From NCBI GenBank assembly GCA_002794465.1, contig MTSL01000023.1:1-6978 (forward strand): DNA of 6,978 nt, read 5' to 3'. Below, one piece after another: positions 1-6,876 of the stretch. This stretch comes from Paramicrosporidium saccamoebae KSL3. Lineage: Eukaryota; Fungi; Cryptomycota. How positions within the stretch are numbered: the first letter of the stretch is position 1; each line of letters begins with the position of its first letter. The position numbers and the translations under genes were made by a program. The notes below the pieces were generated by a model. The model did not search any database and was not told the origin of the DNA. It saw nothing but the letters and a program-made list of their open reading frames with translations.

Positions 1-1
1 C

Positions 2-205
2 GGCAGTGGCCAGGATGTTAACCCAGATTTTGAGAGGTTGGTGGACTGTCGAAAGGAAGTGGCCCGAGAACTAGCTGTGCCAGACGATTCAATAGAACTC
101 AGTATGGGCATGTCTCAAGATTATGTCCAAGCCATAAAACAGGGAACCACAAGTGTTCGAGTTGGCAGTGCCATTTTCGGGGACAGGGTCAGAATAAAGA
201 GTTGA
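2..205 (+). CDS. PLPBP: 3' end (5'-partial) of pyridoxal-phosphate homeostasis protein, PLPBP/PROSC/YggS family
   Basis: My translation of frame 2: [67 protein letters not shown], with TGA at 203-205. It contains the family C-terminal signature LSMGMSxD...A...G.T.VRVGS.IFG.R and the upstream NPDF motif of eukaryotic members. It is absent from the ORF track because the start lies outside the window. Confidence 0.95.
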   Translation, partial: GSGQDVNPDFERLVDCRKEVARELAVPDDSIELSMGMSQDYVQAIKQGTTSVRVGSAIFGDRVRIKS

Positions 206-236
206 TAAAACACGAGTACAATTGTTGTTGTGTAAG

Positions 237-352
237 TCCACATGTCGCGTAGTGGGGATAATACCACGGACTTTGTCACTACTATTTATTTGGGAGGCAA
301 GGGAACTCGTTTATTATCAATTTGTAAGTCATTTTATAGCCTCCCGAGCTGC
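237..352. repeat. Copy 1 of an unidentified modular non-coding element (candidate ncRNA gene or structured element)
   Basis: Core 237-278 TCCACATGTCGCGTAGTGGGGATAATACCACGGACTTTGTCA matches 6877-6918 at 41/42. GGGAGG 292-297 matches 6922-6927, GAACTCG 303-309 matches GAACCCG 6929-6935, and TTTTATAGCCTCCCGAGCTGC 332-352 matches 6958-6978 at 19/21. The repeat is directly observed; its function is unknown. Confidence 0.9.
332..352 (-). promoter_or_regulatory. Putative TATA-containing promoter block GCAGCTCGGGAGGCTATAAAA (minus strand)
   Basis: TATAAAA at 338-332 on the minus strand, conserved in copy 2 (6964-6958), with an identical 22-nt non-conserved spacer to the next conserved block. The promoter function is an inference. 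Confidence 0.4.
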
Positions 353-532
353 ACAGTAATAATCCTCAAATGGTAAGATATAGATCTCATTGTCCTTCAT
401 CGATTGTTCTGATTTTCTCTTCTCCAAACTAGGGAACTATTTCCAAAAGACATGCTAATCAGTCTTCTACGTCACACACAGATTTGATAATCTATTACCA
501 TATATCAGGATCAGGTTAACAATAAAATAATT

Positions 533-541
533 ATCGGTTAA
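533..541 (+). promoter_or_regulatory. ATCGGTTAA motif just upstream of the CFD1 ATG (Myb-like YAACNG on the minus strand)
   Basis: An identical 9-mer lies at 1614-1622 upstream of the TPR ATG. Function is not demonstrated. Confidence 0.25.
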
Positions 542-550
542 GCTGCACGT

Positions 551-1372
551 ATGTCAGGACTGGAAAATGTCAAGAACATTATAGCAGTATTATCAGGAAA
601 GGGGGGAGTTGGCAAATCGTCTGTATCTGTGCAGCTAGCAGTGACTCTTGCCCTCCAGGGAAAAAAGGTATAGCAGCTACAGTGTCTGTAACTCTAGGTC
701 GGTATTCTTGACGTGGATTTGTGTGGCCCCAGCATCCCACGAATGCTCAATGTAGTGGATGAACGTATTAAACAAGGCGCATCCGGCTGGATCCCCGTTA
801 CCGTCATCCACGAAGCGTATTCTCTCTCGGTCATGTCTATCGCGTTCCTTCTCCCCAACCGCGATGACGCTGTTGTCTGGCGCGGCCCCAAGAAGAATTC
901 CATGATCAAACAGTTTCTTTTCTCTGTTGAGTGGGGCCACTTGGACTATCTGGTTATTGACACTCCCCCCGGAACCTCGGATGAACATCTTGCCATTGTT
1001 GAATATTTGGCGCCGTTGGGGCCACGAGCCGTGATGGTGAGCACCCCGCAATTGGTGGCATTGGCAGATGTTGAGAAGGAAATTAACTTTTGCCGACAAG
1101 TGGCGCTGCCCGTATTGGGACTGGTTGAGAACATGAGCGGATACCTTTGTCCACATTGCGAACATTGTACAAACGTCTTTTCCTCAGATGGTGGAAGGGG
1201 ACTCGCTGAACGATACCAACTAGATTTCCTGGGCCGAATCCCTATATTTCCAAAATTAACAAGACTGTTGGAATCTGAAGACTCTAATCTGCTTCGAGAC
1301 TATGCCTTACAGACGCCCGAGATGTATGCCAAATTCAGAGAAATAGTGCAGCAATTAAATCTTGTATTGTAA
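551..1372 (+). CDS. CFD1: Cytosolic Fe-S cluster assembly factor Cfd1/NUBP2 (Mrp/NBP35 P-loop NTPase); join(551..667,698..1372), 263 aa
   Basis: Exon 1 encodes [39 protein letters not shown] (deviant Walker A GKGGVGKS). Exon 2 starts [17 protein letters not shown] and includes [30 protein letters not shown] and [14 protein letters not shown] (bridging CPxC at 1148-1159). There is no N-terminal four-Cys ferredoxin-like extension, which argues for Cfd1/NUBP2 rather than Nbp35/NUBP1. The spliced length of 792 nt is in frame. Confidence 0.93.
668..697 (+). other. Spliceosomal intron of CFD1, 30 nt, phase 0
   Basis: GTATAG...CTGTAACTCTAG. Removal joins GKK to VGILDVD, the continuous family sequence. 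An in-frame TAG lies at 671-673. Confidence 0.93.
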
Positions 1373-1613
1373 GCATTAAGATATTGTGAGGTGGTGGCTG
1401 GGTATTTAATGTTTTATGTGAGCCAATGTAAAAGGAGGAATCAGAGGCGAGAGACAGGGCGGTTGGCATTCTACCCATATTTGAGCATCTTGTCCATTAC
1501 GCAACAACACTCAACTTTGATAAAGCTGGAATGATATTGCAAATTTTCATTCCCCATTGTATCGCGATACTAGACTTGGAGTCTTGCCTTTCAACCACAT
1601 TACATCAGTATAC

Positions 1614-1622
1614 ATCGGTTAA
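1614..1622 (+). promoter_or_regulatory. ATCGGTTAA motif upstream of the TPR ATG
   Basis: Identical to 533-541. The motifs end 10 and 30 nt before the respective ATGs. Confidence 0.25.
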
Positions 1623-1651
1623 AATTAAGAAATTAATTTGCCGTTTTGGAA

Positions 1652-4600
1652 ATGGCGGACGAGGCAGTTGGCCGACTTTGCCAAATTCTCTCGTTGACTG
1701 ATGTACCTCAATTACCAGAACAATTGCAACACGACGACTCATGGAGGACGTTTCTGCAATCAATGGCCGAGTCTATCAATGACCGAGTCCAACGCACTGA
1801 GGAATTGGAAAAGTTGTCTCAGGAGTCTCGTTTGAGACAAGTTAATCTGGGTATGGTTGACTGGATAGCTTATTGGTAGAGCAAATGCTGAAAAATTTGC
1901 AACGAAAGCGAACAGAGGAACAGACAGAGCTGAATCGCATCACAAGCGCCTTGGAAGAATCGTCGGCCCGCATCTCTGAGCTTGGTAATAAGGCTGGGTC
2001 TGTGACTAACCTCCTTAGAGGTGGAGGCTAATAAAGGTGTGGGCGACAAGTCACTAATCCAGGTGGATTTGGAAAAGTCGCAGAGTCAAATTGAGATGCT
2101 GCGAGCCCGATGCGAGCGTCTGGAAGCAGAAAAGGCTGATATGCTGAGACTGGTGGACAGGCGACAACTCGACATTGACAGCCTAAACCAACAAATAGAG
2201 GACGTCACCAGCCGCATGCGAACGGTCCGAGAGGAAGCATTAAAACATGATTCAGAAGTGTCAGAAATGCGATCCAAGGCGACGGCTGCTCAACGACAAC
2301 TGGAGCTTGTAAAGGAAGAGAGCGACAAGCATCGCCAACAAGCTGAATGGAACTCGCAGGAACTTGACCAGCACATACAAGAATTTAGCAACTACCGAAA
2401 GCAAAAATCAGCAGAATTAGCGTCTTTGCAAGTGCAGTTGGAGAGGACCCAGGAGACAAATCTCCAATTAGATGAGCAGAATCGAGTCCTTCGGACAGCA
2501 CTTGAGGAGAAGGATTCCAAGGTAGAAGAATTGCTTCGACGCACACGAGATGCAGAATCGGCTTTGGCTGAGCAAGAGTCCATGTTTGTCCAGGAGATGA
2601 ACGCCAGAAGTCGGCTTGCTGATCTGTACAAGGAGGGAATGGAGGAGACCACAGTGCGACTGGAGGAAACTGAAGCCCTTCTCCAAATTTCACAATCCAA
2701 TGGCACTGATGTGGACGAACGCATTAGGCAGGCTCTGCAGGACAAGGAAAGCGAAATTTCCCTGTTGCAATCCCAATTACACGAGAAGGATAAGGAGACT
2801 GCGCTTCTTCGAAAACACATGGATGAATTGGGGAGTGGACATGTGCGATCGCATTCTGGCGCTGACAAGACTTTGTCAGAGGTATACGCGGAATCTGCAA
2901 AGGCCAAGACGGAACTGCTCAAAGCGCATCAGGAAATTGAGCGTCTTAAGGGATGCATTCAGGACATTTGCCAGGACATTGAGGCTCGTGTGCCCGTGTT
3001 GCAGATGGAGAGACGAGAAAATGAGCGTCTCAAGGTGGATGTGTCAGCTCTCTCCCAACAGCTGCTGGAAGTCTCAAAGTCACGCGACGAGTTGGAGAGG
3101 AAACTTTGTCGAGTGGAGGAGGAGCTTCGGGGAGGAAGAAAGGAAAAGATTTTACTTGAGCAACAAGTCAAGGATCTTGGCAAACAGATACAGGCGCTTC
3201 TTGGACAGATGGAGGGAATTGTGCCCAACGATTCAGGAGTTTTGGATTCAGAGCAGGTCATTGATGAGCGGTTAGTAGTATTCCGGAATATTCAGGAGCT
3301 ACAAGTGAGAAATCAGGAGCTTGTGAGGGTGCTCCGTGAGCTTAGTCAGCAGCAAGAAACGGCCGAGATTGAGCGTCTCCGAAAGGTGGAGCAGGAGATG
3401 CGGGGAGCGCTGGATCAGAATGCAGCAGAGCTGGCAGAATTAAAGGAGACGCGACAAAGACAAAGTACTCTGATGGAGTCTCTAATCCGACAGCGAGACA
3501 TGTTGCGGGACATGCTGGGACAGCAGCGCAGCCCAGTTGAGGAAAGTGCACAGGACATGCATGCTGACGGAAAAGAAGTGTCAGAGATGAGGGCAGAGCT
3601 GGAAATGTTCCGGACGGAAAAGGCCGAGAGCGAAAAGTACTTGATGGAACAGTTGGAGCATTGTCGAAACGAAAAGGGAGAACTATCTGGACGGGTTGCA
3701 CAGTTGACGGCTCAATTAGAATTCAAGCAGGAACGATACACCCTGCTAAAGCAGAACTACGACATGGAACGGGTGGAGCTGGATGGACTACGCAAGAGCA
3801 ACAACACGGCCCTCTCCTCTATTATGCAGCATCAGAGTCAGGTGCAGCAACTGATGGGAGAGATGCTTGCAGCTAAAGATGCACAACAACGTTCAGCGAC
3901 TCAGCTTTCGTCCCTGCGGGTAGAACTCGACATGACCCGAACCAGTGAACGCCGTCTAACTGGCGAGCTTACTACTCTACAACAGGAAAAGGAACGCCTC
4001 TCGCAACTATTAAGTGGACTGCAGGCAATGTCAGTAGAACATGAGGGATCGGAAGTTGCCCTGAAGCATCGCCTGAATGAGCAGATTGAATTTTTGGAAC
4101 GCGAACTGCAATCAGCTCGTCACAAGGTGGTGGAGGAAGTGGAGGCACACAAACTCGCCGTGGCAATTTCTGATCGTGAATATCGGGATCTCGTCCGTCG
4201 CTATGACCAATTGGTAATTTTATAGTGCTCACTAATAGCTTAGATGGAGACACATAATCGCATTAAGGAGGAAACGAATCAGACCAAATCCGCCAATGCT
4301 GAGCTGACTAGAGAAGTGTCAGATCTCAGAGTTTTGCATCAAAAGAGCGAGGAACGTCTTGCTCAGTTTATGGTTCCCACTGGGGAGACGGATGCAGATT
4401 TGCCCCGAGAGCTAGCGGCTTTGCGGATGAAATTTGGAGCGGTGGAGGATGAGCTACGCTTGGAGCGGGAACATGTAAGTACCTACAAAATGTTGGCCAA
4501 GAATGCCGAAGACGGATTGAACGACCTGACCCGCACCTTTGATGAGTACAAGGCCGCCTCGGAGCGTCGCATTTCCGAGTTGACGGGGCAGGCAGATGTT

Positions 4601-6811
4601 CTCTCTGTCAGACTGGAGAATACCGAGGAGCGGTGTCGTCAGTTGGAGAGTAAGGCAACCAATTTGACGGCCACTTTTACTGCTGAAAAGAATCAACTTG
4701 TCCAACAGCTTGCAGAATTGAAAGAATATGAATCAATGGCCAAAAGCCACAGCAGTCTGCGCAAGGAAGATGTGGATAGACTGCAGTCCTTGGTGAGTGA
4801 GACCCAAAGCAAATATGAACAAGAAGTGGTGGCCCATGGACGTGATTTGGAAGCTCTGCAAACTCTGAAGGGAGAGATGGGGTCGTATCAGCAACAAATT
4901 TCAGAACTGTCCCAAAACCTCAATGCAGCACGTGATCAGCTTGGAATATATGAAAAGATGTTGCAGAGTGAGCGCGAACAATGGAACGCTGAACGCGTTG
5001 ATACGCAACGCCGCGTCAGCGAGTTGGAGGGACAGAACAGTATTTTGTTGGGTCAAATCGAGTCTATGGCGGGACGAGCCTCCCGTCGAACATCGGATAT
5101 TCCAACTGAGGGAGGCGATGCAACCGACCTGATGGAGGTGGTTCGTTATCTGCGGAGACAAAAGGACATTTTGCAGATTGAGCACGACTCCATGTCCATG
5201 GAGTATCGCAGAGTCAAGGCACAGGCTGAGCAATTGCAGAGGTCTTTGGATGAGACGCGATCAGTGTTAGCGGAAGAACGACAGGGGAGTCAATGGCAGG
5301 AGCAGATGGCCTCGGAATATCGTGCACTTTTAGAAAAGGTGTCGCAAATGAATATTCTTCGAGAATCAAATGTCACCCTTCGACAGGAGGCTGATTCATT
5401 GTCGATACAGGTCCGCTCTCTCCAAGCACAGCTTCAGAACGCCCATGATGCAGTGGTGCCAAAGGAGGAAGAGTGTCGCATTCTTAATGCCAAACTTGTG
5501 GCCTCGGGTGAGGAACTGCGGGTGGTGCGTGATGATCGTGACAATTGGAAACGTCGTTTTGATCAGCTTTTGACAAAGTACCGGGTTGATCCTGCCGAGA
5601 TGGAACAGCAGAATGCACAACTGACCGCTCAATTGGCGCAGATGACGACAGAGTTGGAAGAGCTGAAGGAGCAGCTTGAAGAGGCCACCGATGATTCGGA
5701 TAAAGTAAAACAATTAGAGGAACAATTGGTCGAGAGGAATGCTATCCACGAACAAGTCACTAATAAGCTAGCCCAACTGGACACTAAGCATCGTGGACTC
5801 CTTCAAACATCTCGACAAATCCAAAAGACCCGCGATGAGTTGGCAAAGCGTGTTGCTGAGCTAGAATCAGCCGCCGCTCCCACTGTTGACAATGAGCAGC
5901 TTGTTGCTCTACAAGCGGAGAAGGATCGCCTAGACGCCGAGTTGGCCGAAAAGACGACCAAGCTGGAAAAGTATGTAGAGGCGTTTAAGAAGCTAAACAA
6001 GGTAAAGGAGCAATACAAGGACTCTCAGACGCTGATTAAAAACCTCCAAGATCAGGTACAGAATTCAGAACAGAGGTTGGAGGAGGTCAAGAAAGAGGCC
6101 GAATTGCGCAATAATCTGTTAAATTCAAATTGGCAGGCCAAGATGCGCAAACTCACCGAGCAGCTTGGACAAGGGGAAACGAAGCAAATCACTCCAGAGA
6201 CGCAAGAAACACCCATGAAAAGGGCCAAAGTCGAAGCCATGGCAGTGGAGGATCTGGATGATTTCCTTGCCGAGACTAAGCAGGAAGAAGAGAAAATTGA
6301 TATGAATGATTCGGATGAAAGGAGAGAACAAGCAGGCGATCAAATGGGTGTACAGATAGATGGTCCAATGGGTGGTCAGGCTGATGAACAGTCAAGAGAA
6401 CAGCACTTCCGTGAACAGGCTCATGAGCAAGCAGGAGAACAGTTTAGGGAAGAAGAGCCTCACGAAGATGACCATGAGTCTGTTGATCCAACGGCGGGGC
6501 CTTTAGAGCTTGTTGCCGTGTCTGCAGACCCCATGCTTGGGTTCAGCGATATGGAGGACGAAATGATGGGCGGGATGACTGATGAGGACACTTCAAACCC
6601 TGTTGAAGAGGCCCCCATTGTCCCTACCGAGGAGCCCGTCAGAAAAAGAGTGATCGATTTATCAGAGATTGGAAAGCGCCCAGTTATGAGGCATGTCCCC
6701 CTTCCTGCCCGTGGAGGCCATCTTCAACGCGGCCGCGGTCAACCATCACTAAGAAGAGTTCGTCGAGGTGGTCCTAGTACAAGTGGAGGGACTAGTAATC
6801 CTTCCGAATAA
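1652..6811 (+). CDS. TPR: Nuclear pore basket nucleoporin TPR/Mlp1-like; join(1652..1850,1880..1984,2019..4213,4244..6811), 1688 aa
   Basis: Long heptad coiled coil with segments recognisable from TPR/Mlp1: VFRNIQELQVRNQELVRVLREL, TQSKYEQEVVAHGRDL, LMEVVRYLRRQKDIL, EKVSQMNILRESNVTLRQE and NWKRRFDQLL. An acidic disordered tail and an Arg/Gly-rich end follow. Three GT-AG introns join track ORFs 1646-1879, 2021-4225 and 4244-6811, plus an unlisted 105-nt exon 2, into one 5067-nt frame. Confidence 0.9.
1851..1879 (+). other. TPR intron 1, 29 nt, phase 1
   Basis: GTATGG...TATTGGTAG. Removal gives ...RQVNL-E-QMLKNLQ..., an open frame. The branch site is not obvious. Confidence 0.85.
1985..2018 (+). 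other. TPR intron 2, 34 nt, phase 1
   Basis: GTAATA...GACTAAC (2004-2010, branch point)...CTCCTTAG. Removal restores the frame into ORF 2021-4225. Confidence 0.92.
4214..4243 (+). other. TPR intron 3, 30 nt, phase 0
   Basis: GTAATT...CACTAAT (4230-4236, branch point)...CTTAG. It contains the in-frame TAG (4223-4225) that ends the track ORF. Removal joins YDQL to METHNR. Confidence 0.92.
6320..6478 (+). repeat. Degenerate 12-nt / 4-aa coding tandem repeat (xxEQ/xxxQ) in the TPR acidic tail
   Basis: Translation RREQ AGDQ MGVQ IDGP MGGQ ADEQ SREQ H FREQ AHEQ AGEQ FREE EPHE DDHE, with recurrent GAACAG/GAGCAA at about 12-nt spacing. Confidence 0.65.
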
Positions 6812-6876
6812 TAAACGTATAATATATATTACATGAGATGTACTAACTTGCCAGTATTAGTAGTTGCTAGTCAGCC

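Noticed and set aside
203-208. PLPBP TGA stop as a possible selenocysteine or read-through codon with the repeat as a SECIS
   Set aside because: The TGA is followed immediately by TAA and lies after the conserved C-terminus, and the repeat has no AUGA/GA quartet with apical AA.
252-267. Resemblance of GTGG-GGATAATA-CCAC (and GATCAGGTTAA 509-519) to the TPP riboswitch P5/L5
   Set aside because: The UGAGA J2/3 motif, P4 CUGAU and the following CG.AGG elements are absent.
243-278. tRNA-like reading of the repeat (TA + GTGG/CCAC D-arm-like hairpin, TTGTCGC/TGTCA anticodon-like loops; minus-strand GCGGG-TTCTCCT-CCCGC T-arm-like hairpin at 6936-6920), including permuted tRNA or tRNA-Sec
   Set aside because: No anticodon stem or acceptor stem can be closed, the loop lacks TTCRA, and the T-arm-like hairpin is not conserved in copy 1. 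tRNAscan-SE or SPLITS would settle it.
231-352. Transposon interpretation (MITE/Helitron/SINE): TGTAAGTC at 231-238 and 323-330 as a target-site duplication; CTAG at 6867-6870 as a Helitron end
   Set aside because: There are no terminal inverted repeats. The 8-mer does not flank the whole element and is absent from copy 2, and the CTAG is absent from copy 1. I found no A/B boxes or poly(A) tail.
74-357. HDV-like ribozyme fold (AGC-CTCCCGA-GCT as P3/L3, GCACAGT 351-357 pairing with GCTGTGC 74-80, or GGGAGGC/GCCTCCC as P1)
   Set aside because: There is no GG after the P1 3' strand for P1.1 and no J4/2 catalytic C or P2 closure. The putative P1 5' strand lies inside the PLPBP CDS, so this is likely chance.
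1427-1440. Minus-strand CCTTTTAC resembling U5 snRNA loop I
   Set aside because: It lacks the G of GCCUUUUAC and has no closing stem or Sm site.
677-6343. Minus-strand and off-frame ORFs in the track (e.g. 677-1165, 2392-2922, 2385-2693, 2616-3275, 3342-3701, 4901-5233, 5396-5713)
   Set aside because: All overlap CFD1 or TPR exons. Their Ser/Leu/Phe/Arg-rich composition is what the antisense or shifted reading of Glu/Gln/Lys-rich codons produces, and I see no recognisable motifs.
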